DNA of 31,819 nt from a virus (Duplodnaviria > Caudoviricetes). Shown in pieces: positions 1 to 7,990 of this stretch (position 1 is its first letter; every line of letters starts with the position of its first letter). The notes beneath the pieces are model-generated. The model saw nothing but the letters and a program-made list of their open reading frames with translations, was not told the origin of the DNA and ran no database searches. A program made the translations under genes and the position numbers. The stretch covers positions 1-31,819 of IMG/VR virus record IMGVR_UViG_3300032239_000553. One strand, written 5' to 3'.

Positions 1-123
1 GCACCGGGCAGTCGGCGCGTTCAAAGCCTACGCCGACAAGGCCGACAAATGCGTCGATTTGCAACAGGCCGTCATCAGCGAACAGTCGAAAGAGATTAAG
101 TATCTCCGGCAACGCAACGACGA
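1..123. repeat. Terminal direct repeat (left copy), most likely circular assembly overlap
   Basis: Bases 1-123 are identical to 31697-31819 and the repeat lies inside an ORF. Confidence 0.95.
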
Positions 124-184
124 CTTAAACGATGCCATCATTAAGGGTCACGCCATTAACCCCGACGCCGAGATCCATGAGTAA
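2..184 (+). CDS. 3' part of 84-aa hypothetical protein spanning the genome junction (starts at 31626)
   Basis: Open frame HRAVGAFKAYADKADKC...INPDAEIHE* continues from ATG 31626; TAA at 182-184. Confidence 0.75.
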   Translation, partial: HRAVGAFKAYADKADKCVDLQQAVISEQSKEIKYLRQRNDDLNDAIIKGHAINPDAEIHE

Positions 185-467
185 TCAATTCAATCACGTC
201 GATGGAATGCGCGGCTTGCTCCTTGAGGTTTACGAGCTGAATGAACGGATCATGACTGGCGACCTTCTTGGCGCTAAGTCAGTTATTGCTGGTAAGAACA
301 TGAAAAAGATAATGCTTCACTACCATGAGGCCATCGCCGAGGACGGCGCGACCGACATCCATCTGCAAGCATATGTCGCCTACGGTGGGTGGATTGGGAT
401 CACCTTCTCTTACATCCTACCCGGTGGTTTCTGCGTGCAGGGGTCAACCGTTCCAAGACGCGTATGA
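177..467 (+). CDS. Hypothetical early protein (96 aa)
   Basis: ORF 132..467; ATG 177 overlaps the stop of the junction-spanning gene, so it is the likelier start. Confidence 0.7.
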   Translation: MSNQFNHVDGMRGLLLEVYELNERIMTGDLLGAKSVIAGKNMKKIMLHYHEAIAEDGATDIHLQAYVAYGGWIGITFSYILPGGFCVQGSTVPRRV

Positions 468-859
468 GCGACATTAAAACACGCACGATGGAGGAGGCTT
501 TCTACCTCCAAACCAAAGCCTTCCTCGAAAAGAACTCAGAACACATTGCCGAAATCGCCCGCCTCAAGGCCGAGGTCGAGCGGCTGACCGAACTAAACTC
601 CTCGCTCGATATACGTTATGACGCTGCGTGCGGTTCGATTAATGGGTCTACGAATTACATCGGACAACTAGAAGAAGATATCGAGCGGCTGACCAAGGCG
701 GGGGATGCAATGGAGGTTTTAATCGTAGAAGAACTTGCTTTCTACGAAGATGACGGAAGCCAGTATGATGAAGTAAAAGCGTGGAACGCCGCCAAGGGGG
801 GCAAGCGTGACGCATTAAACCCCGGCTCCGACCCTAACACGCCACCTACGGCGGTTTAA
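464..859 (+). CDS. Hypothetical coiled-coil protein, 'RLKAEVERL...TKAGD...WNAAK' family, copy 1
   Basis: ATGA overlap with upstream stop at 464-467; shares DNA blocks with 2763..3035. Confidence 0.75.
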   Translation: MSDIKTRTMEEAFYLQTKAFLEKNSEHIAEIARLKAEVERLTELNSSLDIRYDAACGSINGSTNYIGQLEEDIERLTKAGDAMEVLIVEELAFYEDDGSQYDEVKAWNAAKGGKRDALNPGSDPNTPPTAV

Positions 860-959
860 CTTTCACCCCAGATACTTAATTACACTAAGCAAATATGACC
901 AAACGCAAACTACGCAAATCTGCGGACATTAGCTCTACGCAATCTACGCACGATAACCC

Positions 960-1397
960 ATGACCCGCCCCTTCTCCATCGTTGCGCTATGGCTTTTAGG
1001 TTGCACCGCCCAAGCCCAAGATGACCGCCAACTACTTGAGGCCATCGGACAGGTGGAGTCGGGCATGAACCGCGCGGCGATCGGAGACGGCGGCAAAGCA
1101 TTGGGGGCTTACCAAATGCACCCAGCCGCTTGGTCGGACGGAAACGCTCGGCTCCGGGCGGAGGGAAGAACGACATACTCCAGGACAGCTTGGCGGGATG
1201 CCACGGCACAAGACATGGTGGCCTCGGCCTATCTCCGTTGGCTTAGGAGCCGGGTTCAAGCATTGGGGGCGGCATCCCCCTCCCCAGAGGTTCTGGCGGT
1301 TTGTTGGCGGCTTGGGGCATCCGGCGCGGCTCGCCGTGGCTATCCCCTTACGGATTATGCCAAGAGGGTCGTGAACCTATGCCCCCCCTCCCCCTAA
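960..1397 (+). CDS. Lysozyme-like / lytic transglycosylase-fold protein with N-terminal signal peptide
   Basis: LLEAIGQVESG (catalytic Glu motif), AIGDGGKALGAYQM, Y..RV near the C-terminus; hydrophobic N-terminus ending LLGCTAQA. Confidence 0.75.
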   Translation: MTRPFSIVALWLLGCTAQAQDDRQLLEAIGQVESGMNRAAIGDGGKALGAYQMHPAAWSDGNARLRAEGRTTYSRTAWRDATAQDMVASAYLRWLRSRVQALGAASPSPEVLAVCWRLGASGAARRGYPLTDYAKRVVNLCPPSP

Positions 1398-1420
1398 TTG
1401 TTCACCCTCCCAATTTTAAT

Positions 1421-1903
1421 ATGACCCTCCCCATCCCCTCCACTTCTTTCCTTACCATTGCCATCGACCCCGGGGTCAACGGCGGGGTGGTCTGGCATTA
1501 CGAAGGCCAAGTCCACGCCGTCAAAATGCCCCCAACCGACTTTGATGTCGCCGCGTTGCTTGTGTCCCTTGCGGGAAAATCCGCGCTCGTTGAATTGTTC
1601 CTTGAACTCCCCCCGCTCTATTGCGGAAAGAACATCCCTGGCAGTTCCATCGGTAAGCTCATGGCAAATTACGGTGTATGTTACGGAGCCGCCGCCGCTT
1701 TGGGCATGAAGATCCACCCGGTGCGTCCAGCAATCTGGATGAAAGCCCATCCCATTGGGACGAAGGGCGAACTCACCACAACCCAATGGAAGAACAAGTT
1801 GAAGGGACGCGCCGCCGAACTTTACCCGGACACCGCCGTTACGCTCGCTACCGCCGATGCCCTATTGCTCCTTGACGCTGGCCTCCGCAAAGCCATCAAC
1901 TAA
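1421..1903 (+). CDS. RuvC-like Holliday junction resolvase
   Basis: IAIDPGVNGG, conserved E (LFLE), YG..YG, P..W.K and ADALLL motifs typical of phage RuvC. Confidence 0.85.
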   Translation: MTLPIPSTSFLTIAIDPGVNGGVVWHYEGQVHAVKMPPTDFDVAALLVSLAGKSALVELFLELPPLYCGKNIPGSSIGKLMANYGVCYGAAAALGMKIHPVRPAIWMKAHPIGTKGELTTTQWKNKLKGRAAELYPDTAVTLATADALLLLDAGLRKAIN

Positions 1904-1919
1904 CCCCCCCCTTATTACC

Positions 1920-2129
1920 ATGAAAAAAGACATCCCTTGCGACCAACCTTGCCGAGACATTTCCCGCATCCCCGGCACTCGTTATGTGATCCTGCCGGAC
2001 AATACGGTCGCCCGATTGCTTACGCCCCGCACAATCTCTGGCACGACCTATTTCAATTTATTCATTAACAAAGAATACACCACGGTCGCCGTCTCGAAAC
2101 TCCGTGATTTATTGACCCCGACTAAATAA
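1920..2129 (+). CDS. Small protein resembling a NUMOD4-type DNA-binding module without an HNH domain
   Basis: IPGTRYVI..DNTVARLLTP...GTTYFNLFINK pattern; 69 aa. Confidence 0.45.
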   Translation: MKKDIPCDQPCRDISRIPGTRYVILPDNTVARLLTPRTISGTTYFNLFINKEYTTVAVSKLRDLLTPTK

Positions 2130-2136
2130 TTTCACC

Positions 2137-2766
2137 ATGAACCCAAACCAAAACCCAATGTCATCCCCCGACCAACAACCAACAACCGCCTCCATCGACT
2201 TGGTGACCTTCCTTAACTCGATTGGGAATGTCGCCGCCGACCGGGTGAACCCCGCTTTCAAGTCTCGTTATTCGAGTCTTTCGGAAGTGTTGCTTACCAT
2301 CAAAGAGGAAGCAAAAAAGCACAACCTTGCTCTCCGCCAAGTCGTCCGCTCGGACGAGGGTAAAATCGTGGTGGTGACTTCCTTCCTTCATACCTCCGGG
2401 CGGGAGTTTGATGCCGGGGAAGTTTCTTTTAAGTCAGACGGATTGACCCCTCAACAACTTGGTAGCGCGTTAACTTATTTGAGAAGGCAAAGTGCTTGCA
2501 CCGCCTGTTGCATATCGGTTGACCTGGATGATGACGGAGCGAAAGCATCAACCCCCGCCCAAGCTTCGACCTCCGGCAAATATGCCAAGCCTACCCCAAG
2601 CGAATGGTTTGCCTTTATCCCTTTGGATCAGCGCGAGAAAGCCGTGGCCTATCTTACGAGCAAAGGATGGCTCCCCGAAGGCGGAACGCTCAATGACCTT
2701 TTGGACGATAAGATTGAACTTATCGCCGGGAACCATGCCGGGTTTATCAAGGCCATCGCAAAATGA
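2137..2766 (+). CDS. erf: ERF-family single-strand annealing protein (alternative start 2158)
   Basis: NPAFKSRYSSL, PQQLGSALTYLRR and DDDG motifs of the ERF superfamily. Confidence 0.9.
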   Translation: MNPNQNPMSSPDQQPTTASIDLVTFLNSIGNVAADRVNPAFKSRYSSLSEVLLTIKEEAKKHNLALRQVVRSDEGKIVVVTSFLHTSGREFDAGEVSFKSDGLTPQQLGSALTYLRRQSACTACCISVDLDDDGAKASTPAQASTSGKYAKPTPSEWFAFIPLDQREKAVAYLTSKGWLPEGGTLNDLLDDKIELIAGNHAGFIKAIAK

Positions 2767-3035
2767 ACGAATTAAAAGAACACAATGGCAACGGCATCCG
2801 CTACGCCATACATTTGTCAGCACCTAAAGGTGGGTCTGCTCAGATGTTGCGCGATCCTTCTGGCGATTGGGTTTCTTACGAGGAATACTCCCGCCTCAAG
2901 GCCAAGGTCGAAAGGCTGACCAAGGCGGGGGATGATATTCTTCACACTTTGCTTTGGACTGATGAATACTCGGAAGACAGATATAAAGATGCCGAAAAGA
3001 AGTGGAACGCCGCCAAGGAGCGCAAACAATCGTGA
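2763..3035 (+). CDS. Hypothetical protein, 'RLKAKVERLTKAGD...WNAAK' family, copy 2
   Basis: ATGA overlap with erf stop; GDWVSYEEY motif then shared blocks with 464..859. Confidence 0.75.
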   Translation: MNELKEHNGNGIRYAIHLSAPKGGSAQMLRDPSGDWVSYEEYSRLKAKVERLTKAGDDILHTLLWTDEYSEDRYKDAEKKWNAAKERKQS

Positions 3036-3286
3036 GCGAACGCCAATCCATTCCGCCCACCGCCATGTCCCACATGGCCTCCAAGATGCCCCGCCGAAGC
3101 CATGCGATGTTCCTCATCATCGATGGGCGGGTCGAGAACCCAGAGTTTGTGGTTCACGATATCGACTCCTACCGGGAGGAACTTTGGAAATGGAAACGCA
3201 AAGACAACCGGGTTGCCGGGAGTCATGTCGAGTTCTGGGCGAAGCATGACCAACAATTTTTCCGCTTCAACATCAACGCCAAATGA
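3032..3286 (+). CDS. Hypothetical protein, paralog of 3283..3540
   Basis: GTGA overlap with upstream stop; AMFLIIDG motif. Confidence 0.65.
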   Translation: MSERQSIPPTAMSHMASKMPRRSHAMFLIIDGRVENPEFVVHDIDSYREELWKWKRKDNRVAGSHVEFWAKHDQQFFRFNINAK

Positions 3287-3540
3287 AACTTAAACCCATC
3301 AAGACTCCGCTCCCGATGCCATCCAGCATCATCAAACGCGCCGCCTCCATCCCGGAGCCGAACGCTTTGTTCATCCTTCTTGACGGCATCGCCTATGTCG
3401 AAGCTTTCCACATTAACCGAGTCGCTTTCGATAACATGATGTCCGCATGGATCTCCGAAATCCTCCCGACTCTCCGGCGTTCCCAAGTCCGTTATTTCCT
3501 TCGGAACAAAAACCTCGCTCTTACCGAAGTCCGCCCATAA
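3283..3540 (+). CDS. Hypothetical protein, paralog of 3032..3286
   Basis: ATGA overlap; ALFILLDG motif. Confidence 0.7.
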   Translation: MKLKPIKTPLPMPSSIIKRAASIPEPNALFILLDGIAYVEAFHINRVAFDNMMSAWISEILPTLRRSQVRYFLRNKNLALTEVRP

Positions 3541-3549
3541 CTTCCCGCC

Positions 3550-3888
3550 ATGACCAACCGAGACTCCATCCGCCGTCACTTGTCCATCATCAAGGACTCC
3601 ATCGCTTCCTTGGAGTTTTATTGTGAAACTGAAATGGTCGGTGATGATTGCCGCCACTTGCTTGACCACATCCACGGAGCCGACCGCCAACACGCTCGCA
3701 CCGATGCCGAGAACCTTGAGGAGACTTGGCAAATCAAACCCCTTTACGATCGCATCAAACTTATCCAAACCTCCCTCCGGGTTCTCCGCAATACCCTGGA
3801 GCAATCCGAAAAGGCCGCCGAGGAAGCTTTGGAGTCTTGCGATGCCATCGCCTCCGAAGTCGAAGATGATACGGACAGCGAACTATAA
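3550..3888 (+). CDS. Hypothetical helical/coiled-coil protein
   Basis: 112-aa ORF packed 9 bp after the previous stop; acidic C-terminus. Confidence 0.7.
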   Translation: MTNRDSIRRHLSIIKDSIASLEFYCETEMVGDDCRHLLDHIHGADRQHARTDAENLEETWQIKPLYDRIKLIQTSLRVLRNTLEQSEKAAEEALESCDAIASEVEDDTDSEL

Positions 3889-3931
3889 TTTCCACCAACC
3901 CAAATAACCAACCAACCAAACCAAAACCATC

Positions 3932-4753
3932 ATGCTCAATCCATCAACGACCATCATCCCAACCCGCAAGGATTACGATTCGCTTGTCGCCTTGAATTGC
4001 TCCGGCTCAAAAGAGCTGTTAAAAAGCCCCCTTCATTTCCAAGCCTATCTCCGTCGGGAGCAAAGCGACTCCAAGGCACTTCGCATGGGGTCGTTCATTC
4101 ACGCGCTTGTCTTGGAACCCTCCGAAGTCGAAGGCCGCTTCGCCACCGCCCCCGAAGTGGATCGCCGGACAAAGGACGGCAAGGCCGCTTACGAAGCCTT
4201 TGCCGCTACCGCTCTTGGCAAGACTATCCTATCCCCAGACGAAACCGATGTCTGCATTAAAGTCGCCGCCTCCATGCGAGCCACCCAAGCCGAACTTGGT
4301 GTGACTTTTATCAAAACGGAATTGATGTTCTCGGTCGATTATAACGGCGTGCTTTTAAAATGTGCAATAGACGCGCTCGGCGATGACGGTTTCATTTATG
4401 ATCTGAAAAGTGCCGAGTCGAGTTCGGTCAAAGACTTTAAGTCATCGGTGTTTGCCTACCGCTACCACTTGCAAGCCGTGATGTATCGCATGGCATATGA
4501 GGCCGCTTTCAATGTCCGGCTTAAAGGCTTCCGTTTTATTGTTACCGAAAAGACTGACCCTTTTGCATCGGCTTGTTACGAGCTTGGCCCGGAGTTTATG
4601 TCGCTTGCTTTGATGGACTTTGAAATCGCTCTTGCCTCTTACAAGTCTTGCATGGCACTTGGCGAGTGGCCTGGTTACGGCTCAGCCCCGCAAATCATCG
4701 ACATTGCATCCAAGCCATCCGCTCCGGCCTCTGTCCCCATCCAATTTGCTTAA
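3932..4753 (+). CDS. PD-(D/E)XK exonuclease, RecE/exonuclease VIII-like
   Basis: S.S..KELLKSP.H, G.FIHALVLEP, DRRTKDGK, KCAID, IYDLKS, Y.YHLQA.MY. Confidence 0.9.
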   Translation: MLNPSTTIIPTRKDYDSLVALNCSGSKELLKSPLHFQAYLRREQSDSKALRMGSFIHALVLEPSEVEGRFATAPEVDRRTKDGKAAYEAFAATALGKTILSPDETDVCIKVAASMRATQAELGVTFIKTELMFSVDYNGVLLKCAIDALGDDGFIYDLKSAESSSVKDFKSSVFAYRYHLQAVMYRMAYEAAFNVRLKGFRFIVTEKTDPFASACYELGPEFMSLALMDFEIALASYKSCMALGEWPGYGSAPQIIDIASKPSAPASVPIQFA

Positions 4754-4762
4754 TCCACGCAT

Positions 4763-5176
4763 ATGAAAATCAATCAGTTCCTAAGCCTTCCTCCTGAGAC
4801 CCTAACAAGGACTCTGACTAACATCGGCGACAACCTCGGGTTTATCGCCCTGGCATCGCCCGGTGTGATGAAGGGCTTTCAAACCAAGCGCATCACGACT
4901 ACTTCTTTTGATGAAGTAATCTTTGAGAATGACCAATGGGTTGTCCGTGGCGATTGTACCATTGATGAGAAAATTAATGGAGCAGTCACGCCGAGATCAT
5001 ACCAGGCTGATGGAGATGACATCCTTGATGGATGCCAAACAAATGGCAAGCTGCACGAGACTTGGCCCTACCACGTTTGCCTAAAGGACTTCGTGGACAA
5101 GCAAGCCTTCTGCGATGCCTACGCTGTCGCCTATTATCACAAGAACATGAGCAAGGCCCGCGCTCTTGACGCTTAA
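4763..5176 (+). CDS. Hypothetical protein
   Basis: 137-aa ORF in operon context. Confidence 0.7.
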   Translation: MKINQFLSLPPETLTRTLTNIGDNLGFIALASPGVMKGFQTKRITTTSFDEVIFENDQWVVRGDCTIDEKINGAVTPRSYQADGDDILDGCQTNGKLHETWPYHVCLKDFVDKQAFCDAYAVAYYHKNMSKARALDA

Positions 5177-5177
5177 T

Positions 5178-5510
5178 ATGAAACTTGAAAAAACACTTAA
5201 GGCGCCGATTTGGTTTGAGAACAGCCATTGGTTTGTTGGCGAGCAAGGCGTCGTCGATAAGGAAACCAACACAATCGTCACATGGGATCAGGTAAATACG
5301 TTTGCCCAACTTTCAGTAAGCACAATTCATTCTTTCTGGGAACAGCCGTGGCCCTTCTGGGAGTCTACCAAGAAGGAAGCCTGGTTCGACTACGTGTCCT
5401 ACTCTGAGGCATTCAGATACGCTCTGGGTTGCGTTGTCATAAAACGCTTCCATCAAAAAGCAGCACGCAGGTATTTACAAAATTACCCTAACGAATTCCC
5501 TAAAGACTAA
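5178..5510 (+). CDS. Hypothetical Trp-rich protein
   Basis: ATG 1 bp after the previous stop; 110 aa. Confidence 0.65.
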   Translation: MKLEKTLKAPIWFENSHWFVGEQGVVDKETNTIVTWDQVNTFAQLSVSTIHSFWEQPWPFWESTKKEAWFDYVSYSEAFRYALGCVVIKRFHQKAARRYLQNYPNEFPKD

Positions 5511-5524
5511 CCAAACCAAATAAC

Positions 5525-5977
5525 ATGAACCCACCAAACAACGAACTGCCCCCGCTTAAGAACATCGAAGCATCCGGGACTTTCATCCTCCGCCTCATCA
5601 AGCCCAAGGACGACAAGATCCATGAACGCTTTAAGAAAAACGCAAAGCAATACGCTTCATGCCGTTTGTTCTTTCTCGATGGGGACGGCAACTGCATGAC
5701 CAAGAACTTTTCCACCGAGTTCGGCAAGGGTCTTGCAATGGTCATCGGCAAACTCTCCGGCAAGTGGGTTAACACCCCTTCGCCCGAAATGACTGTCGAG
5801 GATCTGTATCGTTTTTGCGAACCCGCTTTCGGACGCAAAGCGACTTTTGAAATCGAAGTTACCCCAGACAAGGTTTGGAACGATAAGATGCAATATAACT
5901 ATAAGTTCAAAAGCATCACATCGCTCCCGACCGAAACCTTTGGGACACCAGCTTCAGACGAAGCCCCACCCTTCTAA
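5525..5977 (+). CDS. Putative single-stranded DNA-binding protein
   Basis: 150 aa, beta-rich, acidic tail ending DEAPPF like the SSB C-terminal motif; sits in the recombination module. Confidence 0.55.
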   Translation: MNPPNNELPPLKNIEASGTFILRLIKPKDDKIHERFKKNAKQYASCRLFFLDGDGNCMTKNFSTEFGKGLAMVIGKLSGKWVNTPSPEMTVEDLYRFCEPAFGRKATFEIEVTPDKVWNDKMQYNYKFKSITSLPTETFGTPASDEAPPF

Positions 5978-5988
5978 GCGCGCAAACC

Positions 5989-6579
5989 ATGCAAACATCC
6001 GAACCCGCTCGAACTCTCATCCTCATCACCGGGTATGCTCGGGCGGGTAAGGATACGCTTGCCGATGGTTTGGTGAAGGAAGCCAAGCACCCGGTGCATC
6101 GTTTCAACTTTGCCGATACCCTCAAAATTGCTTGCGACAATTACATTGAACAACTTGGCCTTGCGGGTTCGTTCTATGACGAGGATTTCAAAGTCCGGCA
6201 TCGCCCCTTCCTTGTATTCGCAGGGACATTCGCGCGCTCAATCGACTGCGATGTTTTTGCTTCGGCCTTTGTCGCCGAGTGCGATGCTTGGGCATCATGC
6301 CACGCCATTGTTGGCGAACCCATGACGGTCATTTGCTCCGATTGGCGATACATGAATGAGCTTCGCATCCCCGACTCAACGCTTGGCCTTTGCGGGTGGC
6401 GTATAATTACCGTCCATGTGACGACATCTGGGGTAGAAGCCGCCAATGAGGAAGAAGGTAAATCTATTGGTGAAATCATACGCCAAGCCCCACTTGGTTA
6501 CTCATATTATTTTGCCCCCAATTCGCAAGCCGCCATCCAAACCGAAGGACGGATGCTTGCCAGGACTCTTGGCATCTGA
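5989..6579 (+). CDS. Deoxynucleoside monophosphate kinase (phage dNMP kinase)
   Basis: P-loop ITGYARAGKDTLA, FADTLK, SDWRYMNE. Confidence 0.85.
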   Translation: MQTSEPARTLILITGYARAGKDTLADGLVKEAKHPVHRFNFADTLKIACDNYIEQLGLAGSFYDEDFKVRHRPFLVFAGTFARSIDCDVFASAFVAECDAWASCHAIVGEPMTVICSDWRYMNELRIPDSTLGLCGWRIITVHVTTSGVEAANEEEGKSIGEIIRQAPLGYSYYFAPNSQAAIQTEGRMLARTLGI

Positions 6580-6586
6580 TCCGCAC

Positions 6587-6934
6587 ATGGTTTGCTCGCA
6601 TGAAAACCCTCGGCGGCTTAACTTCATAGAGCGTGCCGAAATCCTCGGCATATCCATTGAGCGTGCTATCTTCCTCGCCGCTTGCGCGTTGAACGATGAC
6701 GGCAAAGCTAAGGACGGCTTCAGTTCCCGCCGTGGCCTTACCATCCCTTACGATGACCGAGTGCAACTTGCCGAAGCTTCCCGGCTTGGCATCGGACTCG
6801 CAGACACCGCCGAAATGATGGGAATGACCCAAGAGCAAGTCCTGTCCTACGGCATACCTTTCAAAAATAAATCCACCCTTCCACGGCCTCCTGGCCCCGG
6901 CGGGATTTATAACCTCTTACCAACCTACCGATGA
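6587..6934 (+). CDS. Hypothetical protein with two HTH-like segments
   Basis: ERAEILGISIERA and DTAEMMGMTQEQV; ATG 6587 follows the kinase stop. Confidence 0.55.
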   Translation: MVCSHENPRRLNFIERAEILGISIERAIFLAACALNDDGKAKDGFSSRRGLTIPYDDRVQLAEASRLGIGLADTAEMMGMTQEQVLSYGIPFKNKSTLPRPPGPGGIYNLLPTYR

Positions 6935-7692
6935 GCAAACCAACGAAGTTCGTTTTCGCCTCCGATTCACATGGAGACATGGCGGACGAGGAAAGTCTCC
7001 AAGCGTTGTATGCTTATTGCAAAGACTTCAAGCCGGACATCCGCATTGCCGGTGGCGATCACTTCGACCTACGCTCCATCCGCAAAGGCGCAATGGGAGA
7101 TGCCGAGGGTGCAGAGTCGTTAAAAGATGATTTAGACTGCGGCATTGATTTCCTCCACAAATTCCGCCCGACCTATTACCTAAAGGGGAACCACGAATAT
7201 CGTTTAGAGCATATGAAGAAAACGCACGCTTCGGCACTCGTCCGGGACTATTGCTCAGACACCGAGGACAAAATTGACCGTGAAGCGCGTCGAGCTGGAG
7301 TGAAGCGAATACTCCCTTACCACGGCAAGCGGGGGTTGCTCCGCATTGGCCCGATATCATCGCACCACGGCATCGGCACGAACCTTACCAAGTTAGGGAT
7401 GCACTATGCCACCGAGGGCGGCTTGTTCATGTGCGGACACGGACACACCGGGCATCAAGTCAATCTCCCCAAGCATAACGGCGGAGCGGCTTACATGGCT
7501 CCATGCCTTTGCCGTATCGACGATATGGATTATGCCGCCAATTACCTCGGAACCGCTCGCTGGAATAATGGCTTCATCGCCGGGTGGTATTCGGACAATA
7601 ATTGGAAAGCATGGATCATTCACCGCATCGGTAAAAAATGGCTATGGCAAAGCGACCTTACCGTTTGGACTCCGCCCAACAAACGCCGATGA
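6931..7692 (+). CDS. Calcineurin-like metallophosphoesterase
   Basis: SDSH, GGDHFD, GNHE, HHG and GHGH motifs in canonical order. Confidence 0.9.
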   Translation: MSKPTKFVFASDSHGDMADEESLQALYAYCKDFKPDIRIAGGDHFDLRSIRKGAMGDAEGAESLKDDLDCGIDFLHKFRPTYYLKGNHEYRLEHMKKTHASALVRDYCSDTEDKIDREARRAGVKRILPYHGKRGLLRIGPISSHHGIGTNLTKLGMHYATEGGLFMCGHGHTGHQVNLPKHNGGAAYMAPCLCRIDDMDYAANYLGTARWNNGFIAGWYSDNNWKAWIIHRIGKKWLWQSDLTVWTPPNKRR

Positions 7693-7964
7693 AGCCAGAC
7701 GCATTATTACGCGCCGTCCTTGCTGAGATTAACAAGTCCGCCGTTAAACCAGAACCTGGCTTCTTGCGGATTGAAGATTGGGCGAAACGTTGGGACATGG
7801 TGCGGACATCCGCAAAAATCTACATCAACAAAGGTCTGGCAAATGGCCTTATCGAAAAAAAGATGTTTCGCATTATAACCAACGGACGCTTGCGACTTAT
7901 GACCCATTACCGGGCGACCCTCAAAAGGAATAAGATTGCCCCGACCAAACGCCGCCGCAAATAG
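7689..7964 (+). CDS. Small basic protein, possibly winged-helix DNA-binding
   Basis: ATGA overlap; IEDWAKRWDMVRTSAKIYINKG..NGLIEK. Confidence 0.6.
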   Translation: MKPDALLRAVLAEINKSAVKPEPGFLRIEDWAKRWDMVRTSAKIYINKGLANGLIEKKMFRIITNGRLRLMTHYRATLKRNKIAPTKRRRK

Positions 7965-7990
7965 GACACCCCTTTAAGAAACAAACACCC

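Noticed and set aside
1-123. 123-bp repeat as a biological terminal repeat
   Set aside because: It falls mid-ORF and a gpA-type terminase suggests cos ends, so assembler overlap is more likely.
895-963. 22-aa ORF MTKRKLRKSADISSTQSTHDNP with short CTACGCA repeats, coupled to the lysozyme-like gene
   Set aside because: Too short and low-complexity to support as a gene without conservation data.
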